DNA of 64,000 bases from Acidimicrobiaceae bacterium (GTDB lineage Bacteria > Actinomycetota > Acidimicrobiia > Acidimicrobiales > Bog-793). The position numbers were made by a program, and so were the translations under genes. This document shows, piece after piece, positions 17,499-26,251 of the stretch. The notes beneath the pieces were generated by a model that saw only the letters and a program-made list of their open reading frames with translations, was not told where the DNA came from and made no database searches. The stretch is from NCBI GenBank assembly GCA_003140595.1, contig PLKG01000097.1, positions 27,495 to 91,494 on the forward strand, in the 5' to 3' direction. Every line of letters begins with the position of its first letter. Within the stretch, counting starts at the first letter, position 1.

Positions 17499-19265
17499 TC
17501 AAGACTGGGTGATGACCGACTCGACCTGTAGCACCCTCAGCGGCCGCGTGGCACTCGTCACCGAGTCGGCGAGCAGTCCTTCTCCTCCTACGACGCCCGA
17601 TTCGTTGGACAGCGCCCAGTCGACCTGCCAGGAGATCGACGCCCCCAGAGGCTGGTAGGTGCCGAAGGTGGACTGGGTGAACACCGACTCACACGCTGTG
17701 GACTGGGCCGCTGGAGAAAGCGACGCGCGATACGACGCGCCAGGTCCGGAACAGACGAGGTTCAGGCTCTCGGGCGAGAGCGTGATCCCACCCTCCGGAT
17801 CGTCCCGCGGATCGGGAAAGTCCCAGTCAGAACGCCAGGTCACGTTCGTGGGCGTCGCCCAGACAGTTGCGACGAGCCCGCCGCCGGCGGCGGTCGCAGT
17901 GACAGTCCTCCATGCCGAGGCGTTGATCCACAACCACGTGGGGAAGTTCACGATCGTCGAGTCGGTGATCTCGTCGATGGACCAGGGCGAGGTTGAGATG
18001 ATCGGGGCCGGTAGCTTCGCCTTGGCGAGCGCGTCGTAGACAAGCGGCGGGAGACTCGACGCCGAGGGGTCGGGCACGGTGTCCCAGAAGATCCACAGGT
18101 GCATCACCTCACCTGTCGTAGAAGCAGCGGGGGGCATGTCGGACTCGACGTCATCGCCTGTTGGGGGCACTTGGTCGGACCTCGGGCACGCCACGAGGTC
18201 AAAGTGATCCGACGACTGGGCAGCCTTCGAGAGCGCTGCGCCCCAGAGATCGACTGACCAGATCCCGGGATAGCCGCCACCGCGCGGCGGAGTCCAGAAG
18301 CTGGCCGGAAGTCCTGCTCCGGCGAGCGCGTTGTTGAGGCCGGTCAACGAAGATCCGATGTCGTGCCAGGCACAAAGCTCGATGCCCCCCGAGGCACCGC
18401 CCGTATAAGGTCCAGGGCCGAGCGGGCTGCCGAACCACCACACCGAGGACCAGATCGTCGAACCGGTCGAGCCGGCTCCGCCTCCGTTGCCGGCAGGGGT
18501 CGTGGCGCGGACCGGGGCGTCGGCGCCAAAGGACGCCGTGGTCGCGTGGGCCATCAAGGCTCGGGCCGAGAACCGATGGCACGGGCCAGCCGGAGAGGGA
18601 CTGGGCTCTGACGAGGCCACCGACCTCTCGATGTCCCAAGAACCTTTCATCTCGGTCATGTAGGAGACATACCCGGTCAACCCGGCTCCCCCGCCGAGCA
18701 AGGCCGGTGCGGCACGGCCGTCAGATCGCACGTGACTGCCCCGGTCATAGGAACATCCCGTGACCACAGCGCTCGACCGGCTTAGCGACACGACGCGCGT
18801 GTTGCCTATCTGCCAGGTGGCAGGCCCGACCACCCCGGAAGCAGCCTGAGCCGAGAGGTAAGCGATCATCCGGTCGTCCTCGGGGCTCCCCGGGACGACA
18901 CCTTGACCGAGACGCCGATAAGACGGATCACCGAGCGCGCTCGCGGCATAGAAGGCCTCGATCTCGGACTTCCACGCCGCGAGCACGGCCCGGACGGCCC
19001 GACCGGCTGGGACGCGCGGCACGGCACGGACCCTGAGGACACTCCGAGTGTCCTGGACTCCCCGGGTGGCCCGGACGACGCGCGCTCCAAACGCGTCGCG
19101 AGTGGCCCGAGCCACCGGGGAAGTACATGCGCCGGCGGTGAGCACGATTGCTCCCGCGGCCATACAGCGAGCTGCTCGCGAGAGCAACTTGGGCGGTCCC
19201 GATCGCAAAGAGCGACAACCGGGACCGGGAGGAGGGGTCTTCGCACACGAGGGGCGACGGGTCAT
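17499..19265 (-). CDS. Large hypothetical secreted/exported protein
   Basis: 588-aa ORF with protein-like composition and a hydrophobic N-terminal segment MAAGAIVLTAGA. Trp-rich C-terminal region (NFPTWLWINASAWRTVTATA...VTWRSDWDF). No family recognised. Start uncertain. Confidence 0.6.
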   Translation of the reverse strand: MTRRPSCAKTPPPGPGCRSLRSGPPKLLSRAARCMAAGAIVLTAGACTSPVARATRDAFGARVVRATRGVQDTRSVLRVRAVPRVPAGRAVRAVLAAWKSEIEAFYAASALGDPSYRRLGQGVVPGSPEDDRMIAYLSAQAASGVVGPATWQIGNTRVVSLSRSSAVVTGCSYDRGSHVRSDGRAAPALLGGGAGLTGYVSYMTEMKGSWDIERSVASSEPSPSPAGPCHRFSARALMAHATTASFGADAPVRATTPAGNGGGAGSTGSTIWSSVWWFGSPLGPGPYTGGASGGIELCAWHDIGSSLTGLNNALAGAGLPASFWTPPRGGGYPGIWSVDLWGAALSKAAQSSDHFDLVACPRSDQVPPTGDDVESDMPPAASTTGEVMHLWIFWDTVPDPSASSLPPLVYDALAKAKLPAPIISTSPWSIDEITDSTIVNFPTWLWINASAWRTVTATAAGGGLVATVWATPTNVTWRSDWDFPDPRDDPEGGITLSPESLNLVCSGPGASYRASLSPAAQSTACESVFTQSTFGTYQPLGASISWQVDWALSNESGVVGGEGLLADSVTSATRPLRVLQVESVITQS

Positions 19266-19388
19266 GACGACGATGGTCGTCGACCCGATTACCGCATCAG
19301 CTACCGGCTTGAATGCGGTGGACCTTGCGCGACGGTGCCGCGCTCTACCTTCCTGTCTGAGACGGCGTCAGCGCGCCCGACCTGTGAG

Positions 19389-19835
19389 TTACGAGGGCTG
19401 CTCCTCGGTGTCGGACGAGTAGCTGCCGGTCGGGATGCCACCACTCGACTGGGGGATCCCGCCGCCGCCTGCCACGGTGGTCGGTGTCGGAATCGAGGTC
19501 TGCTCTGGAGTATCACTGGCGGTCGTCGACGTCGGGACGAAAGTGCCATCCGGAGCCGCTGGCGCCATCAAAGTCGCAGAAGTCACCGCGATCGGCCCGT
19601 GCTCTGCCTCGAACTGGCTGAGCTGCCCGATCAGTTCTGAGACCTTCGCATCGGCGTCAGCCGCCGCGCGACCGGCTTGCTGGGAGTAGACGATGCCGCC
19701 AAGCTCGAGCAAGAGGGCGTCCGCGTGTTTCTTCGCCTGCATGTCCGAGAGCTTCGCCTGTCCTGCCTTGGCTCCCTCTTGTGCCTTTTCGGCAAGCACT
19801 GTCGCCTGCGCCTTTACCTTGTCCATGAAACCCAT
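19389..19835 (-). CDS. Hypothetical protein (Ala/Lys-rich helical N-terminus, Thr/Pro/Gly-rich tail)
   Basis: MGFMDKVKAQATVLAEKAQEGAKAGQAKL... The start is taken at ATG 19835; the ORF is open to 19979. Confidence 0.55.
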   Translation of the reverse strand: MGFMDKVKAQATVLAEKAQEGAKAGQAKLSDMQAKKHADALLLELGGIVYSQQAGRAAADADAKVSELIGQLSQFEAEHGPIAVTSATLMAPAAPDGTFVPTSTTASDTPEQTSIPTPTTVAGGGGIPQSSGGIPTGSYSSDTEEQPS

Positions 19836-19955
19836 GGCCCTGCCTCCGATGACATCGTGGCCGTGCTCGGCCGAACCTGCCCTGTCAGGACGAGACGCTA
19901 CTGCCTCGGAGTCACTGCCACCACGCCCGGGCGTCCGATCGGCCACGATGTAGTC

Positions 19956-20534
19956 GTGGAACGCTGCGAAGAATGCCATTTTGACTACGACGCCCTAGCC
20001 GCCGGTGCCGTCGCGGGCGCGTTGCGATCGTTGGGAGGCAGATTTGCCATGCGGATCTCCAACGAGCGAGCCGACCCGAATATCGCACTGACAATACGGA
20101 CTCGGCCGGGACCGAACACGTGGTCGGCTCTGGAATATGCGTGCCACCTTCGCGACGTGTTCCTCACCCAGCGTGAACGTGTCTACCTCTCGCTCGTCGA
20201 GGACTGCCCGAGCTTCGCTCCGATGTACCGCGAGGAGCGGGCGATCCTGGCGCGCTACAGCGCCGAGGAGCCCGACGATGTCGGCCGCGAGCTCAAGATG
20301 GCAGCCGAGCTGCTCGCCAGGTCGCTCGAGGGGCTCGACCAAAATCAGTGGCAGCGGCGCTGCATCTACAACTTTCCAGAGGCCCGCGAGCGCACGATTC
20401 TGTGGCTCGGGCGCCATGCGGCGCACGAGGGAGAGCACCACCTCCGCGACGTGGACGCGGCGTTGCGGTCTGCCGCAGCGACATCTCGGTCGGCCTTGGC
20501 GTCTCAGGACCTTCGGTCACACCCCAGTCTGTGA
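19956..20534 (+). CDS. DinB-family (four-helix-bundle metal-binding) protein
   Basis: CEECHFDYD N-terminus, WSALEYACHLRDV and LGRHAAHEGEHHLRDV are DinB_2-like His motifs. GTG 19956 is chosen to avoid overlapping the divergent gene; the ORF is open from 19677. Confidence 0.6.
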   Translation: MERCEECHFDYDALAAGAVAGALRSLGGRFAMRISNERADPNIALTIRTRPGPNTWSALEYACHLRDVFLTQRERVYLSLVEDCPSFAPMYREERAILARYSAEEPDDVGRELKMAAELLARSLEGLDQNQWQRRCIYNFPEARERTILWLGRHAAHEGEHHLRDVDAALRSAAATSRSALASQDLRSHPSL

Positions 20535-20624
20535 GTCGCAGGTTATCGTCTCACCCTCAGCGGTCCCACCGCTCAGCTCGCTAGAGCAAGCTTCCGCTCT
20601 GGCAAGGTGATCGGAACGGCGAGG

Positions 20625-21164
20625 TCAAGCGCCGGCAAGCTCCCGCCAGCACCCAGGCTCGCTTTCTAGCCGCTTGGCAAGCTTTTCAGGGCTGAGCCGC
20701 AAGGTCGCCTCGGGAATCGCGTCGACGAGCGATCTGCGGCGCCAGTAGTCGTGTGCCGCGGCGGTGAACCGCTCGCGCCGTAACGCGACGAGCTCGCTCG
20801 ATGGCCAGGTCCCTTCTTTGCCGACGCGGTACTTGAAAAGCCCGAGCGCGAGCTCGAGGTCGGCACTGACAGGAGCTCGCCCGAAAATCGAGGCGCGACG
20901 CAGCCCAACAGCGACTGCACCCGCGAGGACGTCATCTGCCCGCTCGCCGGGCTCCAGCACGAGACCGTCCTTGAACCGCGCCGCCAGCGTGAGCGCGTAC
21001 CCCTGATCCGGCCCGGGAACGCCCAAGCCTGCCTGCCGTCGTAGCTGAGGAACAGGACGGAGCTCTCCTGGGCGATGAGTCGTCCATGGAGCCGGAGCCG
21101 CGATCCGCTGAACCTCTCGAACCTCGTGCTGTTCCAGGATGGGCGCGAATCTGGGCTGGGTCAT
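20625..21164 (-). CDS. Conserved-looking hypothetical protein translationally coupled to cimA
   Basis: 179-aa ORF with good composition. Its ATG overlaps the cimA stop by 4 nt. No family recognised. Confidence 0.6.
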   Translation of the reverse strand: MTQPRFAPILEQHEVREVQRIAAPAPWTTHRPGELRPVPQLRRQAGLGVPGPDQGYALTLAARFKDGLVLEPGERADDVLAGAVAVGLRRASIFGRAPVSADLELALGLFKYRVGKEGTWPSSELVALRRERFTAAAHDYWRRRSLVDAIPEATLRLSPEKLAKRLESEPGCWRELAGA

Positions 21165-22876
21165 TGCACAACCTCGCTGGTGGGGGCACTTGAGGGATCT
21201 GTTCCGGTCGCCTCGCCGGCTGCGGCGCGGATGAGACCGAACACAACCGAGTCCACGAGCGCCTCCCAGGAAGCCTCGATGATGTTCTCCGAAACCCCGA
21301 TCGTCGACCAGCTGCCCTCGGCGTCGGCGGTATCGAGCAGCACGCGCGTGACTGCCCCGGTTCCCTTTGAGGTGTCGAGGACTCGCACGCGGTAGTCGGT
21401 CAGGTGCACGTTTCGCAGCTGTGCGAAGTGAGGCTCGATGGCGAGCCGGAGCGCGGCGTCGAGCGCGTTCACCGGCCCGTTGCCTTCTGCTGTCGCCACG
21501 ACTCGCTGGTCGCCTATGTGGGCCTTGACAGTTGCCTCGGTTGTGAGCTCACCGGGCGAGGACCAGGGATGGACCAGCAAGGGAACGCCGTCGTCTCCCT
21601 CGTCGGCAACGACCCCGTCCCGTGCGCGCCAGTCTGTGATGACGCGAAACGACTCGATCGTGAACAGGTCGCCGAGCCGCCCACCGAGCTCACCGGCCGC
21701 CGCCCGCATCAGCAGCTCGAGCGACCCGTCGGCCACCTCGAAGTGGTAGCCGTTGTGCTCGAGGTGCTTCAAAGAGTCGAGCACTCGTCCCAGAGCTGGT
21801 GAGTCGAGCTCGAGACCTAGCTCGGCCGCCTTCAGCTGAAGGGTCGAGCGTCCCGCCAGCTCGCTCACCACTACGCGAGTCCCGTTGCCGACGACGTCCG
21901 GCGTCACGTGCTCGTACGCATCGGACCTGCGAATGAGAGCGCTCGTATGCAGGCCTGCCTTGTGCGCGAACGCCGCCGTCCCCACATACGGGCGCTGGGG
22001 ATCGAGGGTCAGGTTGACGATCTCGGCAAGGTGGTGGGCCACCGAGGTGAGCCGCTCGAGCCGGTCGGGCGGGATCGTCTTGACTCCCATCTTGAGGCTC
22101 AGATTCGCGATGATCGCCGAAAGGTCTGCGTTTCCCGTGCGTTCGCCGTAGCCGTTGACGCAGCCCTGAACATGGGTCGCACCTTGGCGCACGGCTTCCA
22201 GCGAGTTCGCCACCGAGCAACCGCCGTCGTTGTGGAAGTGCCCGCCGATCGTCACGGACGAGTGCGACCTCACGTCGGCCACGATTCGGCTGACCTCGTC
22301 GGGCAAGGTGCCACCGTTGGTGTCGCACAGAACGAGAACCTCGGCTCCTGCCTCCTCAGCGGTCGCGAGGACTCTGAGCGCGAAGTTCGCGTCCCGGCGG
22401 TAGCCGTCGAAGAAGTGCTCGGCGTCGAAGAAGACCCGCAGTCCGGCCTCGCGCAGGTACGCCACCGAGTCGCCTGCCATGGCGACGGCCTCGTCGAGCG
22501 TTGTTCGCAACGCCTCGGTCACGTGCAGGTCGGAGGCTTTGGCGACAATGCAGACGACCTGGGTTCCCGCTTCGACGAGGTGGCGGAGTGTCTCGTCGCT
22601 GCTCGCTTGTCCGCCGGGGCGGCGCGTCGAACCGAAAGCCACGAGTGTCGCCGTCTTCAGCTGCAATTCCTTCACGGCCCTCGCGAAGAACTCCTCGTCC
22701 TTCGGGTTCGCCCCCGGCCATCCGCCCTCGATGTAGGCGACGCCGAGATGGTCGAGCTGCTCGGCGACGCGCAGCTTGTCGTCGACGGTGAGCGAGATGC
22801 CCTCTTGTTGCGACCCGTCCCGAAGCGTCGTGTCGTAGATGTCGACCGAGGCCGGGAGGCCGTGCTCAGGTGACAT
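21161..22876 (-). CDS. cimA: (R)-citramalate synthase / long LeuA-paralog (DRE-TIM + LeuA-dimer regulatory domain)
   Basis: [64 protein letters not shown] is CimA-type. The start is at ATG 22876. The 110-codon upstream extension of the ORF overlaps ilvE and is Arg/Ser-rich. Confidence 0.75.
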   Translation of the reverse strand: MSPEHGLPASVDIYDTTLRDGSQQEGISLTVDDKLRVAEQLDHLGVAYIEGGWPGANPKDEEFFARAVKELQLKTATLVAFGSTRRPGGQASSDETLRHLVEAGTQVVCIVAKASDLHVTEALRTTLDEAVAMAGDSVAYLREAGLRVFFDAEHFFDGYRRDANFALRVLATAEEAGAEVLVLCDTNGGTLPDEVSRIVADVRSHSSVTIGGHFHNDGGCSVANSLEAVRQGATHVQGCVNGYGERTGNADLSAIIANLSLKMGVKTIPPDRLERLTSVAHHLAEIVNLTLDPQRPYVGTAAFAHKAGLHTSALIRRSDAYEHVTPDVVGNGTRVVVSELAGRSTLQLKAAELGLELDSPALGRVLDSLKHLEHNGYHFEVADGSLELLMRAAAGELGGRLGDLFTIESFRVITDWRARDGVVADEGDDGVPLLVHPWSSPGELTTEATVKAHIGDQRVVATAEGNGPVNALDAALRLAIEPHFAQLRNVHLTDYRVRVLDTSKGTGAVTRVLLDTADAEGSWSTIGVSENIIEASWEALVDSVVFGLIRAAAGEATGTDPSSAPTSEVVQ

Positions 22877-23798
22877 ATTCGAGCCAGTCCTTGTACTGGT
22901 CCACGTTCCCCCGGACAGCCGCGAAATAGATCTCCTGGATCTCACGGGTGACCGGTCCCGGCTCGCCCGTGCCGACGACGCGATCGTCGACCGATGCGAT
23001 CGGGACGATTTCGGCAGCCGTGCCGGTGAGGAACGCCTCGTCGGCCATGTAGAGGTCGGTCCGACGCATGTCGCGCTCGACCACGTTGTGGCCGAGATCG
23101 CGCGCGATGGTGGCGACGCTGTCAGCGGTGATGCCTTCGAGCGACCCGGCCCCCGACGGCGGTGGCGTGTAGATGTTGCCCTGGCGGACGACGAAGACGT
23201 TCTCACCCGTGCCCTCTGAGATCAGACCGCTCGTCGTGCACATGAGCGCCTCGTCGTAACCGGCGCGGGCCGCCTCGAGCTTCGCGAGCGAGGAGTTGAC
23301 GTACAGCCCCGAGCATTTGGCGGCTGTCGGGACAGAACGTGGGTCGTTGCGGGCCCAGGAGCTGACCTTGAGACGAATGCCCTTGTCAAGGGCCTCGTCG
23401 CCGAGGTAGGCGCCCCAGGGCCACACCGCGATGGCAAGGCTCACCTTGCACAAGATCGGGTTCATGCCCATCTCGCCATAACCGAGATAGGCGAGCGGCC
23501 GGATGTAGCAGCTGTCGAGCCCGTTCTCGGCAACAGTGAGCTTGATGGCCTCGAAGACCTCGTCCTCCGAATAGGGCAGGTCCATCTGGAGGATGCGAGT
23601 CCCCCTCAGCAACCTCTTGGTGTGATCACGCAGGCGGAAAATCGCTGGCCCGTTGGCGGTCGCGTAAGCGCGAATGCCCTCGAAGACCCCCATTCCGTAG
23701 TGCAAGCTGTGAGTCAGGACGTGCACAGTGGCCTTGTCCCAGTCGATGAGCTCGCCATCCATCCAGATCTTCGTTGTCGGGGTGAGGGGCACCGTCAC
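22866..23798 (-). CDS. ilvE: Branched-chain amino acid aminotransferase (class IV)
   Basis: 310 aa. [35 protein letters not shown], and EGTGENVF near the C-terminal half. Confidence 0.9.
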   Translation of the reverse strand: MTVPLTPTTKIWMDGELIDWDKATVHVLTHSLHYGMGVFEGIRAYATANGPAIFRLRDHTKRLLRGTRILQMDLPYSEDEVFEAIKLTVAENGLDSCYIRPLAYLGYGEMGMNPILCKVSLAIAVWPWGAYLGDEALDKGIRLKVSSWARNDPRSVPTAAKCSGLYVNSSLAKLEAARAGYDEALMCTTSGLISEGTGENVFVVRQGNIYTPPPSGAGSLEGITADSVATIARDLGHNVVERDMRRTDLYMADEAFLTGTAAEIVPIASVDDRVVGTGEPGPVTREIQEIYFAAVRGNVDQYKDWLEYVT

Positions 23799-24832
23799 AA
23801 CCTCCTTATGACTGCATCGCCAACGCCGGCTGTGCTCCAGGCTTCGGAGGAACCGGCCATCTCAGTCTGCAATTCGAGAACCGCTTTGGTGACGCGCTCA
23901 GCCGCGGCCACCTCGCCGAGGTGCTCGAGCATCAGCGCCGCGGAGCGAATCGCCGCAAGTGGATTTGCCTTGCCTGTGCCGGCGATGTCGTAGGCGCAAC
24001 CGTGGACCGGCTCGAAGAGGGACGGCCCGGTGCGAGCCGGGTTGAGGTTGGCCGATGCGGCGAGCCCGATGCCACCGGTCACAGCGCCTGCAAGGTCGGC
24101 AAGGATATCGCCGAACAGATTGTCGGTTACCAACACGTCGTAGCGCGCGGGGTTCTCGACGAGGAAGATGCACGCAGCGTCGACGTGGCTGTAGGCGGTG
24201 GCCACTGCGGCATGCTCGAGCGCCACAGAGTCGAACGACCGCTGCCAAAGATCGCCCGCATAGGTGAGCACATTGGTCTTGTGCACGAGGGTCACGTGGT
24301 GGCGTGCACGGCGCTCGGCGAGCCCGAAGGCATACCGGACGCACCGCTCGACACCGTGGCGGGTGTTGACCGACCCCTGCGTGGCGACTTCGAACGGCGT
24401 GCCACGGCGGAGCGCGCCACCCTCGCCTGCATATGAGCCCTCGGTGTTCTCGCGCACGAGGACGAAGTCGGCGTCGGGGGCGATCGACCCCGGAACGCCC
24501 TTGAAGGGCCGGAGGTTGATGTAGAGGTCCAGTTCGAAACGCAGCCTCAGCAGAAGTCCGCGCTCTATCACTCCCGGCGGAACGGTAGTCGACCCGATCG
24601 GCGGACCGACAGCTCCGAGCAGGACGGCGTCAAGGCCTCCGAGCTCCTCGAGGACAGAGTCGGGCAGCACCTCCCCCGTGCGCTCGTAGCGCCCGGCACC
24701 GAGGTCGTAGTCGACGGTCTCGATCACAACACCCGCGGCGGCGATGACTTTGAGTGCCTCCGCGACGACTTCGGGGCCGATCCCATCGCCCCCGATCACT
24801 GCAACTTTGTGCGCACCGACCCTAGGTTCCAC
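23795..24832 (-). CDS. leuB: 3-isopropylmalate dehydrogenase
   Basis: [39 protein letters not shown] start at 24832. 4-nt overlap with ilvE. Confidence 0.9.
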   Translation of the reverse strand: MEPRVGAHKVAVIGGDGIGPEVVAEALKVIAAAGVVIETVDYDLGAGRYERTGEVLPDSVLEELGGLDAVLLGAVGPPIGSTTVPPGVIERGLLLRLRFELDLYINLRPFKGVPGSIAPDADFVLVRENTEGSYAGEGGALRRGTPFEVATQGSVNTRHGVERCVRYAFGLAERRARHHVTLVHKTNVLTYAGDLWQRSFDSVALEHAAVATAYSHVDAACIFLVENPARYDVLVTDNLFGDILADLAGAVTGGIGLAASANLNPARTGPSLFEPVHGCAYDIAGTGKANPLAAIRSAALMLEHLGEVAAAERVTKAVLELQTEMAGSSEAWSTAGVGDAVIRRL

Positions 24833-24856
24833 TCCCCGGTCACACTAGCCGGGGAG
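24832..24856 (-). promoter_or_regulatory. GC-rich hairpin (8-bp stem CTCCCCGG / CCGGGGAG, 9-nt loop) abutting the leuB start codon
   Basis: Perfect inverted repeat 24832-24839 / 24849-24856. On the mRNA strand the 3' arm CCGGGGAG ends on the first G of the leuB GTG. Confidence 0.4.
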
Positions 24857-24868
24857 CCCGCATTGCAA

Positions 24869-26251
24869 TCAGAGCGGGTACCCGCGCGGAGTCAGTTGCC
24901 CAGCCCAGCTCCGCGCAAGGGCCCGGTGCCTCCTTTCGCGGTCGTCGAGATCCTGGTTGACCAGACGGCCGTCACGCACCACAACCCGGCCGTTGACCAC
25001 CGTGTGGCTCGCCCCGCGTACCGCACACCGGACGATCGCCTCGACCGGATCGAGCACCGCACCGGCGGTTGACAGACCTGTTAGCGGATAGCACGCCAGA
25101 TCCGCGCACTTGCCGATCTCGAGCGAACCGATATCGGTACGCCCGAGGCACCCCGCTCCTCCGGCGGTGGCCATCCCCAGCGTGTCGCGCGCCGTCAGGC
25201 CCGAGGGCCCGTCACGGAGATGGGCGAGCAGCAGCGCCTGACGGACCTCACCCCACAGATCGCTCGCGTCGTGAGCCGCCGATCCGTCGCAACCGAGACC
25301 GACGCTCACTCCGGCCCGGCGCATGTCACCGACTGGGCACTGCCCCGCTCCGATCATCATGTTCGAGGTCGGGCAGTGGGCGACGGCGGTTCCAGTTCTT
25401 GCAAGTCGCTCGATCTCGGCGGCGTCGGTCCAGACCGCGTGCGCGAGCCAAGTGCGGTCCGACAGCCAGCCCAGTTGGGCGGCGAGCTCGTGTGGGCGCA
25501 CGCCGAAGGTCTCCGCGCAGTAGGCGGTTTCGTTCGACGTCTCTGCAAGGTGCGTGTGCAGGCGGACCTCGAGACGCTCGGCGAGCTCGGCCGAGCGTCT
25601 CATCAGCTGCGGCGTGACCGAGAACGGGGAGCAGGGCGCGAGCGCGATCCGGAGCATCGACCCCTCTGACGGATCGTGATAACGGTCCACCAGCCGCTCG
25701 CAGTCGGCCAGGATCTCGTCCTCGTCCTGGACGACGGTCATCGGCGGCAAACCTCCGTCGTCAGTGCCGAGCGACATTGAACCGCGCGTCGGGTGGAACC
25801 GGATCCCAAGCTCGACCGCAGCCGAGATCTCCGCGTCGATCAACCCGGTTCTGCCCCGGGGATGGACATAGAGGTGATCTGTGGTAGTGGTGCAGCCCGA
25901 CAGCATCAGCTCGGCAAGACCCACCCAGGCCGACAGGTAGGCACTCTCCTCGTCAAGCTGCGCCCACACCGGATATAGCACCTTCAACCAACCGAAAAGG
26001 TCACAGCCGAGCGCCGGGGAGAAGGCCCTCGTCAGGGTTTGGTACAGATGGTGGTGGGTGTTCACCAGGCCGGGCACGACCACGCAGTCGCTGGCGTCCA
26101 GGACCTCGTCGGCTCCCGGCCAGTCCCTGTCCTGCGTGCCGATGCGGGTGATGACGCCGTTCTCGGCGAGCACCGACCCGCCATCGAGCTCGGTGCCCGA
26201 GCCGTCGCCACACCAGAGATATCCGGACCGGACCAACAGCCGCATGCTCAC
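24869..26251 (-). CDS. Amidohydrolase-superfamily deaminase (8-oxoguanine/guanine deaminase or chlorohydrolase-like)
   Basis: 460 aa. VVPGLVNTHHHLYQTLTRA metal-binding motif and HLAET. Subfamily not resolved. Confidence 0.75.
   Translation of the reverse strand: MSMRLLVRSGYLWCGDGSGTELDGGSVLAENGVITRIGTQDRDWPGADEVLDASDCVVVPGLVNTHHHLYQTLTRAFSPALGCDLFGWLKVLYPVWAQLDEESAYLSAWVGLAELMLSGCTTTTDHLYVHPRGRTGLIDAEISAAVELGIRFHPTRGSMSLGTDDGGLPPMTVVQDEDEILADCERLVDRYHDPSEGSMLRIALAPCSPFSVTPQLMRRSAELAERLEVRLHTHLAETSNETAYCAETFGVRPHELAAQLGWLSDRTWLAHAVWTDAAEIERLARTGTAVAHCPTSNMMIGAGQCPVGDMRRAGVSVGLGCDGSAAHDASDLWGEVRQALLLAHLRDGPSGLTARDTLGMATAGGAGCLGRTDIGSLEIGKCADLACYPLTGLSTAGAVLDPVEAIVRCAVRGASHTVVNGRVVVRDGRLVNQDLDDRERRHRALARSWAGQLTPRGYPL

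Noticed and set aside
22877-23206. N-terminal extensions of several ORF calls: cimA 681 aa, gatB 542 aa, alpha/beta hydrolase 371 aa, SDR 354 aa, mnmA 422 aa, nucleoside phosphorylase 331 aa, M20 peptidase 492 aa.
   Set aside because: The extensions are compositionally aberrant and overlap the upstream gene. Each is replaced by an internal start that gives a canonical N-terminus, an RBS or a stop-start overlap.
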